Shown piece after piece: positions 35,698 through 45,098 of a stretch of DNA of 64,000 nucleotides (the stretch's first letter is position 1; each line of letters starts with the position of its first letter). The position numbers and the translations under genes are program-made. The stretch is from Hyalangium minutum. Lineage in GTDB: Bacteria > Myxococcota > Myxococcia > Myxococcales > Myxococcaceae. Where the stretch lies: contig NZ_JMCB01000001.1 of the NCBI RefSeq assembly GCF_000737315.1, forward strand, positions 682,001-746,000, read 5' to 3'. The notes below the pieces were generated by a model that ran no database searches, was not told where the DNA came from, and saw nothing but the letters and a program-made list of their open reading frames with translations.

Positions 35698-37946
35698 AAC
35701 GCTCCACGCGCAATGCGATCACCGTCTGCGGGTTTCTGGCCATCCTGGCGCTGATCTACCGCTCGGTGTTCACCGGCCACCTGCTGGCGGGGCGGGACGT
35801 GTTCCGCATCTTCTTCCCGGACTCGGCCTTCCTGCTCGAGTCCCTGCACGCGGGCGAGCTGCCCCTGTGGAACCCGTACATGCGCCTGGGGCAGCCGTTC
35901 GCGGCGACGCTCTACTCGCAGGTGTTCTACCCGCCGCGCTGGGCGGCGGTGTTGCTCACGGGGTCCATCGCCTCGATGACGGCGATGCAGGTGTTCCACG
36001 CGGCGGTGGCAGCGGTGGGCGTGTTCCTCCTGGCGCGCCAGCTTCGGCTGTCTTGGGGGGCCTCTCTCGTCGCGGGGGCCGTGTTCGGCGTGTCGCCGAT
36101 GATGACGGACCTGGGCATCCAGCAGAACGTCGTCAACGCGGCGGCTTGGAGCGGCTTCATCCTCTCCGCAGCCCGGACCACCGCAGTGAAGCCAGGACCG
36201 GGGCCTATCGCCCGGCTCGCCGTGTTCGCGACCTTGTCCCTGCTGGCGGGCTCACCGGAGACGACGCTGTGGCAGGGCATCGTGTCGCTCCTGGCGGTAT
36301 GGGGGACGCGAGGGCGCGGGGTGAAAGCTCCGCAAGGTGTCGCCCAGGCGCCTCTGTGGAAGGCAGTGGCGCGGGTGGCGGGCGGCATGGCGATGGCGGC
36401 CGGGCTGTCCGCGCTGGTGCTGCTCCCGGCGGCCGAGTTCGCGGCGAACTCGCTGCGCACGAACGCGGCCAGCTTCGCGGAGCAGCGGCTGGCGTGGTCC
36501 GTGTCCTGGCCGCAGCTGCTGGCCATGGTGTGGCCGCTGGCGGATTGGCCCCGAGGCCCCTACTGGGGCGAGGACCAGTGGTTCATCCTCAACCAGTTCC
36601 TGGGCTCGGTGGCGGTCGCGCTCGCGGTGGTGGGAGCGATCGCGGGGCCTCGGAGGGCGCGGCCCTTCGCGGTAGGCGCCGTCCTGTTCGCGCTGCTGAG
36701 CCTGGGCCGCCACTTCCCTCCGGCGGCCATGGTGTTGCACCTGCCGCCATTCTCGCTGTTCCGCTACCCGGCGAAGTACTTCGTGGGTGCTGCGTTCTGC
36801 ATCTCGCTGCTGTCCGGCTTCGGCCTGGAGGCCATGGGGCGGCTGTCCCGGCACGTGAGGCCGTCACTGCTTCGAGCGGTACTGGCGTTCATCGGAATGG
36901 GCGTGGCCATCGGCGTGGCCGGGCCCATCGTCAAGCGGCTGCCGATGCGCGAGTCCGCCGAGGCCGGCGTCACCTGGCCGCTGCTCTTCCTGGGGTTGGC
37001 CACGGCGTTCCTGTTCGTCCTGCGGGACTCCTACGCACGCCCGAGCCGCGTGAGGCATGCCCTGGCGGCGCTGGCGGTGCTGGAGCTGGTGGCGGCGCAT
37101 CACCTGCTCACGGTGCCGAAGTACTCGCCCTACGAGCCGCTGGCGCGCACCTCGCTCATTCGTCAGAAGCTGCCCGACTTGCTCGAAGGCCGCATCAGCG
37201 CGGACATCGAGGGACCTGCGGATCCGACCAAAGTGCCCGCTGCTGTGTCCCGCACCATCGAGCAGAGCCGGGATCGGCTCATCCCAAACCGCTTCGTCGA
37301 GGAGCGGCTGCCCGCGCTAGAGGGCTATGGAGCGCCCGAGCTCGCCCGGAGCGATGTGTTCCACCTGGCGGGCGAGCGCAGCGTGTACGACCTGACCGGA
37401 GTCACCTGGTACGTGCGCCAGGGGCCGCCTCCTTATGAGGACCTGGAACTGCTCCAGACGCTGGAGGACGGCACCACGCTCTCGCGCTCGAAGACAGCCC
37501 TGCCCCGGGCCTTCCTTGTCCAGAAGGCCCAAGTGGTACCGGACGAGGAGGCGCTCAAGGCGGTGACCGATTCCGCGGAGCCTTTCCGCCACACTGTCTT
37601 CCTGGCCACAGGAGAGCCCTTGGACCGGCCCGAGTGTGGAGGCCAGACGCGGATCGTGGACTCGGGAGCACAGCGGCTGGAACTGGAAGTGGTGGCGTGC
37701 GACGAGAGCTACCTCGTGGTCAGCGACAGCCACTACCCCGGCTGGCGAGCGACGCTCGATGGGGCCTCAGTACCCCTGCACCGCGCCAACTACGCCCTGA
37801 GAGCCGTGCGCCTCCCCGCCGGCACCCACAAGGTGCGCTTCGAGTACGCACCGCTGAGCTTCCGGGCAGGAGTTGCCCTCTCCCTGCTCTCCCTGAGCGG
37901 GCTGATGGCCGCTCTCTTCCTGGCCCGCCGCCGTACCGGCTCGTGA
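35694..37946 (+). CDS. YfhO family membrane protein (GT-C glycosyltransferase-like)
   Basis: LPLWNPYMRLGQPF, VFYPP, FRYPAK, and C-terminal LVVSDSHYPGWRATLDG...RANYALRAV...GTHKVRFEY YfhO signature. Confidence 0.85.
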   Translation: MKRSTRNAITVCGFLAILALIYRSVFTGHLLAGRDVFRIFFPDSAFLLESLHAGELPLWNPYMRLGQPFAATLYSQVFYPPRWAAVLLTGSIASMTAMQVFHAAVAAVGVFLLARQLRLSWGASLVAGAVFGVSPMMTDLGIQQNVVNAAAWSGFILSAARTTAVKPGPGPIARLAVFATLSLLAGSPETTLWQGIVSLLAVWGTRGRGVKAPQGVAQAPLWKAVARVAGGMAMAAGLSALVLLPAAEFAANSLRTNAASFAEQRLAWSVSWPQLLAMVWPLADWPRGPYWGEDQWFILNQFLGSVAVALAVVGAIAGPRRARPFAVGAVLFALLSLGRHFPPAAMVLHLPPFSLFRYPAKYFVGAAFCISLLSGFGLEAMGRLSRHVRPSLLRAVLAFIGMGVAIGVAGPIVKRLPMRESAEAGVTWPLLFLGLATAFLFVLRDSYARPSRVRHALAALAVLELVAAHHLLTVPKYSPYEPLARTSLIRQKLPDLLEGRISADIEGPADPTKVPAAVSRTIEQSRDRLIPNRFVEERLPALEGYGAPELARSDVFHLAGERSVYDLTGVTWYVRQGPPPYEDLELLQTLEDGTTLSRSKTALPRAFLVQKAQVVPDEEALKAVTDSAEPFRHTVFLATGEPLDRPECGGQTRIVDSGAQRLELEVVACDESYLVVSDSHYPGWRATLDGASVPLHRANYALRAVRLPAGTHKVRFEYAPLSFRAGVALSLLSLSGLMAALFLARRRTGS

Positions 37947-38052
37947 GTCAGAGCAATGTCCGGCACTTCCTTACATGAGAGCCGCGAACCCCCGTGCATT
38001 GGTCCATGAACAGGGCTATCTTTAGACCAGAATATTGACCATCGGAGCGCCC

Positions 38053-38343
38053 ATGAAGCCCCTTCAGGTCTCAGAGGACATCCTGCCGATCGCCGAGTTC
38101 AAAACCCGGGCATCCGAGGTCGTCCGCAAGCTGAGGGAGCATCGACGGCCCGTCGTCATCACCCAGGGTGGCAAGCCGGCCGCAGTGCTGCTGGCTCCCG
38201 AAGAGTTCGACCAGTTGGCGTCCCGAGCCCGGTTCCTTGAAGCCGTTCACGAGGGGCTCGCGGATGCCGAGGCAGGCCGGGTTCTCTCGGATGAAGAACT
38301 CGGTGCCATTCTGGACGAGCAGTTGGGGAAGCCCAAGGCGTGA
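38053..38343 (+). CDS. Type II antitoxin, Phd/YefM family
   Basis: PIAEFKTRASEVVRKL...PVVITQGGKPAAVLL; ATG 38053. Confidence 0.88.
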   Translation: MKPLQVSEDILPIAEFKTRASEVVRKLREHRRPVVITQGGKPAAVLLAPEEFDQLASRARFLEAVHEGLADAEAGRVLSDEELGAILDEQLGKPKA

Positions 38344-38654
38344 GCGCCGCCCGCCGTGTCTTCTGGTCGCGCCGGGCGAAAGATGATCTTCTCGGAATAG
38401 CCCGCTTCATCGGTGCAGACAATCCGGCCGCTGCCCAAGCATGGGTCGAGAAGCTGCGCGAGCAGGCGCGGCGGGTAGCAAGCACGCCCAAAGCCGGTAG
38501 GCGTGTTCCTGAAGTGGGGCGCGAGGACCTTCGAGAGGTGTTGTTGCGAAACTACCGCATCGTCTACCGCATCCAAACCGACGGGATCGTGGTGCTCACG
38601 GTATTCGAGAGCCACCGTCTGTTCCCGGGAGATCTCCCGCTGGGAGAAGACTGA
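38340..38654 (+). CDS. Type II toxin, RelE/ParE family
   Basis: WSRRAKDDLLGI..I..DNPAAA...GRRVPE....REVLLRNYRIVYRI; GTGA overlap with the antitoxin. Confidence 0.88.
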   Translation: MSAARRVFWSRRAKDDLLGIARFIGADNPAAAQAWVEKLREQARRVASTPKAGRRVPEVGREDLREVLLRNYRIVYRIQTDGIVVLTVFESHRLFPGDLPLGED

Positions 38655-38715
38655 GCAAGCACTGTGCACCCCATGGAGCAACGGGGGGCACCTGCTGCAC
38701 AATAGAGCTCGCACC

Positions 38716-39792
38716 ATGACCGCTCGCACCGAGAACCTGAATGTCGTTGGCTTCGACCACATGCCCTCGCCCACCGAGATCAAGGCGCGAGTGCCAATGA
38801 CTCCCCGGGCGGCCGAGACCGTGCTCGCTGGCCGCCGAGCGCTGATGGACATCCTCGATCGCAAGGACCCGCGCCTGTTCGTCATCGTCGGCCCTTGCTC
38901 CATTCATGATCCGGTGGCGGGAATCGACTACGCGCGCCGGCTGAAGGGGCTCGCCGAGGAGGTGAAGGAGACCATCCAGGTGGTCATGCGCGTGTACTTC
39001 GAGAAGCCGCGCACCTCCACGGGCTGGAAGGGCTTCATCAACGACCCACGGATGGATGACTCCTTCCACATCGAGGAGGGCATGGAGCGTGGCCGCCGCT
39101 TCTTGCTGGACGTGGCAGAGGTGGGCCTGCCCGCCGCCACCGAGGCGCTCGATCCCATCGCTCCGCAGTACTACGGCGACCTCATCTCCTGGACCGCCAT
39201 CGGCGCACGCACCGCCGAGTCCCAGACGCACCGCGAGATCGCCTCCGGGCTCTCCACGCCGGTGGGCTTCAAGAATGGAACGGACGGCTCGCTGGAGGCC
39301 GCCGTCAACGGAGTGCTCTCCGCCTCCCGACCGCACAGCTTCCTGGGGCTGAGCGAGAGCGGCGCGTCGGCAATCATTCGCACCCGGGGCAACAGCTACG
39401 GCCACCTGGTGCTGCGCGGCGGTGCGGGGCGGCCCAACTACGACACGGTCTCGGTCTCACTCGCCGAGCAGGCGCTCTCCAAGGCGAAGCTGCCGGTCAA
39501 CATCGTGGTCGACTGCTCCCACGCCAACTCCTGGAAGAAGCCGGAGCTGCAGCCGCTCGTCATGCGCGACGTGATGCACCAGATCCGCGAGGGCAACCGC
39601 TCCATCCTCGGCGTCATGATCGAGAGCTTCCTCGAGGCGGGCAACCAGCCCATCCCCTCGGACCTGTCGAAGCTGCGCTACGGCTGCTCGGTGACGGATG
39701 CTTGCGTGGACTGGGCCACCACCGAGGAGATGCTGCGCAGCACCCACAACGTGCTGCGCGACGTGATCAAGGCCCGCGGCAAGGCGGCGTAG
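38716..39792 (+). CDS. aroF: Class I DAHP synthase
   Basis: VGPCSIHD, RVYFEKPRTSTGWKG, IGART.ESQTHRE, FKNGTDG, DCSHANS, SVTDAC; ATG 38716. The isoenzyme (F/G/H) cannot be resolved. Confidence 0.92.
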   Translation: MTARTENLNVVGFDHMPSPTEIKARVPMTPRAAETVLAGRRALMDILDRKDPRLFVIVGPCSIHDPVAGIDYARRLKGLAEEVKETIQVVMRVYFEKPRTSTGWKGFINDPRMDDSFHIEEGMERGRRFLLDVAEVGLPAATEALDPIAPQYYGDLISWTAIGARTAESQTHREIASGLSTPVGFKNGTDGSLEAAVNGVLSASRPHSFLGLSESGASAIIRTRGNSYGHLVLRGGAGRPNYDTVSVSLAEQALSKAKLPVNIVVDCSHANSWKKPELQPLVMRDVMHQIREGNRSILGVMIESFLEAGNQPIPSDLSKLRYGCSVTDACVDWATTEEMLRSTHNVLRDVIKARGKAA

Positions 39793-39860
39793 CGCCGGGC
39801 CCCGACGGGCGGCTCCATCCGAGCGGACCGGTGATATAGCGGCCAAAGGAGGAGTCCCTC

Positions 39861-40643
39861 ATGTCACGTAAAGTCGCCCTGATCACCGGCGCATCCGCAG
39901 GCCTGGGAGAGCAGTTCGCTCAGCTCTTCGCCCGCGATGGGCACGACGTCATCCTGGTCGCACGCACCGCCTCGAAGCTGGAGGCGCTGGCCTCCAAGCT
40001 GGAGCAGGAGCACAAGGTGAAGGCCCACGTGCTCGCGGCCGACCTCACCCGCCCCGAGGAGCCCCAGCGCATCTTCGACGAGGTGCGCTCCCGCCAGTTG
40101 GAGGTGGAGTTCCTCGTGAACAACGCGGGCTTCGGCTCCTCGGGCCCCTTCCTCGAGCAGAACCTGGCGCGCGAAGAGGAGATGGTGGAGGTGAACTGCA
40201 CCGCGCTGCTCAAGCTGACGTGGCTGTTCGCCAAGCCCATGAAGGAGCGCGGCAGCGGCCGCATCCTCAACATCGCCTCCACCGCGGGCTTCCAGTCGGG
40301 GCCGTACATGGCCACCTACTTCGCGACGAAGGCGTTCGTCATCTCGTTCTCCGAGGCGCTCGCGTACGAGCTCAAGGGCTCCGGCGTCACCGTGACGTGC
40401 CACTGCCCCGGCGCCACGCACACGGAGTTCGCCTTGCGAGCCGGCACCGAGAAGAGCCGCCTCTTCCAGCGGCCCGGCGTCGCCCAGGCTCCGGACGTGG
40501 CCGCGGACGCCTATACCTCCATGATGAAGGGCCGGGTGCTCGCCATCCACGGCGCGCTCAACTGGATCACCTCGTTCGGCGGGCGCTTCGCTCCGCGTGC
40601 GATGGTGCGCTCCATCACGGCCAGCCTCAACCGCTCGGCGTAG
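39861..40643 (+). CDS. Short-chain dehydrogenase/reductase
   Basis: TGASAGLG, NNAG, YFATK (YxxxK). Confidence 0.9.
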   Translation: MSRKVALITGASAGLGEQFAQLFARDGHDVILVARTASKLEALASKLEQEHKVKAHVLAADLTRPEEPQRIFDEVRSRQLEVEFLVNNAGFGSSGPFLEQNLAREEEMVEVNCTALLKLTWLFAKPMKERGSGRILNIASTAGFQSGPYMATYFATKAFVISFSEALAYELKGSGVTVTCHCPGATHTEFALRAGTEKSRLFQRPGVAQAPDVAADAYTSMMKGRVLAIHGALNWITSFGGRFAPRAMVRSITASLNRSA

Positions 40644-40678
40644 CGCGGCGGGAAGGGAACTCCGGCCCCAGAAAAGCA

Positions 40679-40720
40679 GAAAGGCGGCCGCGAGCCCTCT
40701 CGGACCCGCGCCGCCTTTTC
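40679..40720. terminator. Hairpin between convergent SDR and pilin genes
   Basis: GAAAGGCGG...CCGCCTTTTC with an inner imperfect stem. Confidence 0.5.
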
Positions 40721-40770
40721 GAGCCAGGAAGGTGCCCCGCCAATGCGGGGCTCCCACCGGCCAGCGAGAA

Positions 40771-41025
40771 CTAGTAGGCGTTGTTCTCGGCGAAGCTCTT
40801 CATCGTCTTCTTGTTCAGGGCGGCGTTGGAGCTCGCGCCGTCGTTGGCCACGCTGGAGTTACCGGCGAGGGCCGCGGCAGAAGCGCCGAACAGCTTGCGG
40901 ATGTTGTCGCCGAACAGGGTGATCACGCCGATGGCGGCGATCGCGATGAGGGCAACGATGATGATGTACTCGGTCATGCCTTGACCACGGGCCTTGCGCA
41001 GATTCTTCTTCGGCATCGCCTTCAT
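40771..41025 (-). CDS. Flp/Fap-type (type IVc) pilin with an extended C-terminus
   Basis: RGQG-MTEYIIIVALIAIAAIGVITLFG; ATG 41025 with AGGAG 6 nt upstream. Confidence 0.85.
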   Translation of the reverse strand: MKAMPKKNLRKARGQGMTEYIIIVALIAIAAIGVITLFGDNIRKLFGASAAALAGNSSVANDGASSNAALNKKTMKSFAENNAY

Positions 41026-41178
41026 GAGAGACTCCTGGGGGTATTGGCGGTGGGAGACGGCACCCATCAGCAACGAGGGCAAGCGGACAGTAGATGGATC
41101 AGGCAACCCATACCATCCGTCATCGGGAGGATGGGTGGAAATACCTGAAATTCATGAGAAATGAGCCTCCCAGGACCC

Positions 41179-44070
41179 TCACGGAGACCCCGGAGCACCC
41201 GATAAAGGTGCACCCGGAGCGGATCCTCGAGCAGTGCTACAGGCCTGTGGAATGGCATCGCAGAGCGTCTTGAGGGACTTGGCGAGCTCGGCGTCCTCGG
41301 GGTGAGCAGACACCATCCGCTGGCCCAGGTCCACGGCCTCGGAGAGCCCGGTGACGGGGGTCCAGGCGGTGCGCGAGGCCCAGGCCTTGGCCGCCACCAC
41401 GCGCAGCCAGGCGGAGATGAAGCGCGGATCATCCTTGCCGCGCTCCAGAGCGGGCGCGAGCACGGACTCGGCCAGCGTCACGTCCTTCTGGGCCAAGGTG
41501 GTGTGGGCCAGGGCCACGCGGGCCTCCAGGCTGTCCGGGTCCAGCGAGTGCCAGAGCGCGGCAGCCCCGCGGATCAGCGGATCATTGATGGCGTGGTTGT
41601 GGTCCAGGTTGCGGTACAGGTCCGCGGCCTGCTTCGCGGTGGGCGGGTGCTCCTGGAGGTAGCGGTGGATCCACAGCCGGGAGCCTCCATCGGGGCCCCG
41701 GCGCTCGTCGTGGACGCGCGTCTCCTGGTTCTGGAGGAAGAAGGCCACCGGCGCGGCGTACTCGAGCAGGTTGCGGTCGTCCGTATTGATGGGGCCGATA
41801 CCGGCGAACTCGCGCTGGCCCTCGTCGCTGTGGACCTGCTTGGCCAGCAGGCCGAAGACGTCATGGATGTCGGTGCGGCCCAGGTCCTCGCGCACCTCGG
41901 GGATGGCGAGGCGCTCGGCGACCTTCTGAGCGTCGAACTCCAGCGGCTTGCGGCTGGCCACGAGGATGAGGTCCGTGGGCCCCAGCCACGTGGTGGCGTA
42001 CGGGAACGTGTCGCGCAGGGTGCGCATGACCAGCTTGATGATCTCTTCGCTGCTCTCGTAGGTGTGGATCCACTGGACGAAGATGCCGTCCTCGGTGAGG
42101 TGCTGGTCGGCGATGCGGAAGAAGTCCTGCGAGAAGAGGCCGGAGACGCCCGCCACCCAGGGGTTGGACGGCTCGCTGATGATGAGCTCGTACTTGCGAG
42201 GGGCCAGCGCCATGAACGTCTTCGCGTCGTCGATGTGAACGTGCGTGCGCGGATCATCCACGCCGTTGCGGTTCACGGCCTTGAAGAGGCGGGCGGCCTC
42301 CACCACGGCGGGGGAGATCTCCACCATGTCCAGGTGCTTGACGGGGTGCGCGAGCACCGAGCCGGCGGTGACGCCCGAGCCCGCGCCGACCAGGAGCACG
42401 TTCTCCGGGGGGCGCGGGTGCAGCAGCATGCCCAGGTGGCCAGCGATGATCTGCGTCTCCATGTCCAGGCCGGTGGAGGCGTCCACCTTGCCGTTGAGCT
42501 TGAGGTAGCGGTGTCCGTTCTTCAGCTCGCCCACGAGCACGGTGGCGAAGGTGTCGTCCTGGTAGAAGAGGGACTGGGAGTTCTGCTCGAAGGTGTTGAC
42601 GGCGGCGGCGTAGCTGGCGGGCGGCGTCTCCAGCACGCGGAACGAGGCGATGCCGGACAGGGTGACGGCCCAGCCGCTCATCGGCAGCAGGAACAGCACG
42701 CCACAGGCGGCTCCGAGCCCCAGCGGCCAGAAGGCCTTGACGGGTTGGGCGGGGCGTCCAGGCACAGCGGCGAAGGCCACGCCCGCGGCAATGAGGTTGC
42801 CCACGAGCCCAGCGATGAAGTTGCCCTCCATGCCCCACCACGGCATCAGCACGAGCCCGCCCAGGGCGGCGCCGGTGATGGTGCCTAGCGTGTTCCACAG
42901 GTAGACACCCCCGAGCTGCCGGCCCACCTCGGCCACCTTGGCGGTGGCCACACGCGCCGCAGCGGGGAAGGCCGCGCCCATGAAGAAGGTGGGGATGATG
43001 AGCACGAGGCAGCAGAACGCGAACGTGAGCAGCTGGTAGTACGACCAGGAGTCCAGCGACCGGTTCATCAAGAACTGCGCCTTGCGGAACAGGTACGGCA
43101 GCCGGACATAGAGCGGCAACGCCACGCACACGCTGGCCACCAGCGCCACCTGGAGCCACGCGAACAGCCGCAGCAGATCTCCCCTGCCCTTGCGCGTCAT
43201 CAGCCAGAAGCTGCCCAGGCCGATGCCGAGGATGAACGCCGTGAGGATGAGGGTGAACGCGTAGGTGGAGGCGCCCAGGACCAGGGACAGCAGGCGGATC
43301 CACGTCACCTGATAGAGCATGGACGTAAAGCCGGACAGCGCCACGCCCAGCAGGGCCGCTCGAACCGCCGCGTGGGGGTAGGACAGCTCATCCCCGCTCT
43401 CGGCCGCCGCACCTTCGGCTGGAGCCTGCGAGCCCAGCGCGGGCGGGTGCTTCCGAGCCAGCGCAATGGCCCCGAGCGCCAGGAGGATGTTGAGGCTGGC
43501 AGCCAGCTTCGCGGACAGCGACAGGCCCAGCGCCGGCACCAGACTCACGCCGGCCAGGAACACGCCCAGGGCGGCCCCCAGGCTGTTGATGGCGTACAGG
43601 CGGGCCAGCTCGCGCCGGACATGGGCCAGGGTGGCGGAGAAGTGACGCACCAGGGCAGGCAGCGTGCCCCCCATCAACATGGTGGGCACCACCAGGGACA
43701 GCGCGGCCAGGCCCAGCTTGGGCACCACGCGCACCCCATCCGGCACCTTCACCGCCACGGCGAGATAGGCCGCGCTGAGCACCTCCAGCACCGAGGGGAA
43801 CAGGAGCGCATAGAGACCCACCCCCAGCTCCAGCAGGCCGTACATGGCCAGGGGGCTCTTCACCCGGTCGGCTGTTCGCCCGAAGACATATGCCCCCAGC
43901 GCCAGCCCGCCCATGAAGGTGGCCAGCACCACGGCGTGGGCTTGTCCGCTATTCCCGAGGACGTTGGCCAGGTACTTCGACCAGACGAGCTCGTAGACGA
44001 GGGCCGTGGCCCCGGACAGGAAGAGGAAGCTTGAAACCAGATTCTTCGGGAAACCCGTGGCACCGTGCAT
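41179..44070 (-). CDS. Fused MFS-like/spermidine synthase protein with a TPR-like tail
   Basis: SGATALVYELVW repeat modules, LNGKVDAS, VGAGSGVTAG SAM loop, VEIS, DDAK, IISEPSNPW. Confidence 0.85.
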   Translation of the reverse strand: MHGATGFPKNLVSSFLFLSGATALVYELVWSKYLANVLGNSGQAHAVVLATFMGGLALGAYVFGRTADRVKSPLAMYGLLELGVGLYALLFPSVLEVLSAAYLAVAVKVPDGVRVVPKLGLAALSLVVPTMLMGGTLPALVRHFSATLAHVRRELARLYAINSLGAALGVFLAGVSLVPALGLSLSAKLAASLNILLALGAIALARKHPPALGSQAPAEGAAAESGDELSYPHAAVRAALLGVALSGFTSMLYQVTWIRLLSLVLGASTYAFTLILTAFILGIGLGSFWLMTRKGRGDLLRLFAWLQVALVASVCVALPLYVRLPYLFRKAQFLMNRSLDSWSYYQLLTFAFCCLVLIIPTFFMGAAFPAAARVATAKVAEVGRQLGGVYLWNTLGTITGAALGGLVLMPWWGMEGNFIAGLVGNLIAAGVAFAAVPGRPAQPVKAFWPLGLGAACGVLFLLPMSGWAVTLSGIASFRVLETPPASYAAAVNTFEQNSQSLFYQDDTFATVLVGELKNGHRYLKLNGKVDASTGLDMETQIIAGHLGMLLHPRPPENVLLVGAGSGVTAGSVLAHPVKHLDMVEISPAVVEAARLFKAVNRNGVDDPRTHVHIDDAKTFMALAPRKYELIISEPSNPWVAGVSGLFSQDFFRIADQHLTEDGIFVQWIHTYESSEEIIKLVMRTLRDTFPYATTWLGPTDLILVASRKPLEFDAQKVAERLAIPEVREDLGRTDIHDVFGLLAKQVHSDEGQREFAGIGPINTDDRNLLEYAAPVAFFLQNQETRVHDERRGPDGGSRLWIHRYLQEHPPTAKQAADLYRNLDHNHAINDPLIRGAAALWHSLDPDSLEARVALAHTTLAQKDVTLAESVLAPALERGKDDPRFISAWLRVVAAKAWASRTAWTPVTGLSEAVDLGQRMVSAHPEDAELAKSLKTLCDAIPQACSTARGSAPGAPLSGAPGSP

Positions 44071-44113
44071 GGGGACAGCGCGGAACCTTACTCTGTATGT
44101 TCACGGCCAACCA

Positions 44114-45088
44114 ATGAACGCCCAGCTCCTCCAAGCCGTCCAGCTTGTCTGGTCCCCGAGCCTGCGGGTGACCCGTGCTGAAGGCGACTGCTCCACCGTG
44201 CTCCGCCGCTCCCCCAAGGAGCTCACGGATGCCCCCTTGCACGTGGCGCTCGGCACCACCCCGGAGCGGGCTCGCGAACTGGACGCCCGAGCCCGGGAGG
44301 ACCGCCGCGCCGTGGAGTTCATCTCCGCCCGTGTCGGCACCGAAGAGCCCATTCCCCTGCGACTGGTGCTCGGCCTGGAGGCGGGCGAGGCCACGGCCGC
44401 CATCCAGGACCTCGACGGCCTGCTCGACGGCGCTCCGCCGGTGCAGATCTCCCGGCTCTCCTCCTCGCTGAGCCATGAGATTCGCAACCCCCTGAGCTCC
44501 GTGAAGATGGCCGTGCAGACGCTTCAGCGGAAGACGGACCTCAACGACCGGGACAAGCGCCGGCTGACCATCGCCAACCGGGAGATCCGCACCATGGAGC
44601 GGATGCTCTGGCTGCTCTCCGAGTACGGCCGGGACAGCGTGCCCCACCTGGATCAGCAGCCCCTGCGCAACGTCCTCCAGGAGGCGCAGACCATGGTGGC
44701 CCCCGAGCTGGCCGAGCGCCACATCGAGCTGCGCGTGGACGAGGCACCCGAGCTGCCCCGGGTCTTGGTGGACCTTGCCCGGCTGAGGCCCGTGCTGGCC
44801 CAGCTGCTGCTCAACATCGCCATGGGCCTGCCCGAGAACTCCCACGTGGAAGTCCTACTGCGCCCGGGGCCCTCCAGCCGGCCCCAGCTGGTGCTCAAGG
44901 ACCCCACCGCCGCCCTCCCCCCGGAGGAGCGAGGCACCCTCTTCGAGCCCTTCGGCTCCCGGCTGGCCAGGGGGGCGGGGCTCTCCCTCGCGGCGTTGCG
45001 GCGTGTCATGCTGAACCAGGGAGGCGATATCTCGGCCGAGGGAACAGCCGAGCCCGGCATGGTGTTCACACTCACCTTCGCCGTGTGA
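44114..45088 (+). CDS. mrpA: Histidine kinase homolog MrpA
   Basis: H-box LSHEIRNPLSS; first gene of an HK-sigma54 RR-CRP triad ending in MrpC. Likely start ATG 44114. Confidence 0.82.
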   Translation: MNAQLLQAVQLVWSPSLRVTRAEGDCSTVLRRSPKELTDAPLHVALGTTPERARELDARAREDRRAVEFISARVGTEEPIPLRLVLGLEAGEATAAIQDLDGLLDGAPPVQISRLSSSLSHEIRNPLSSVKMAVQTLQRKTDLNDRDKRRLTIANREIRTMERMLWLLSEYGRDSVPHLDQQPLRNVLQEAQTMVAPELAERHIELRVDEAPELPRVLVDLARLRPVLAQLLLNIAMGLPENSHVEVLLRPGPSSRPQLVLKDPTAALPPEERGTLFEPFGSRLARGAGLSLAALRRVMLNQGGDISAEGTAEPGMVFTLTFAV

Positions 45089-45098
45089 AGCGAGCCGC

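Noticed and set aside
37990-38045. Toxin-antitoxin operator (GGTC/GACC half-sites) upstream of the antitoxin
   Set aside because: The half-sites are short and form no clean palindrome; too weak to call without data.
38053-38654. Phd-ParE pair as a marker of a mobile element
   Set aside because: No integrase, transposase, tRNA or flanking repeats seen; treated as an ordinary solitary module.
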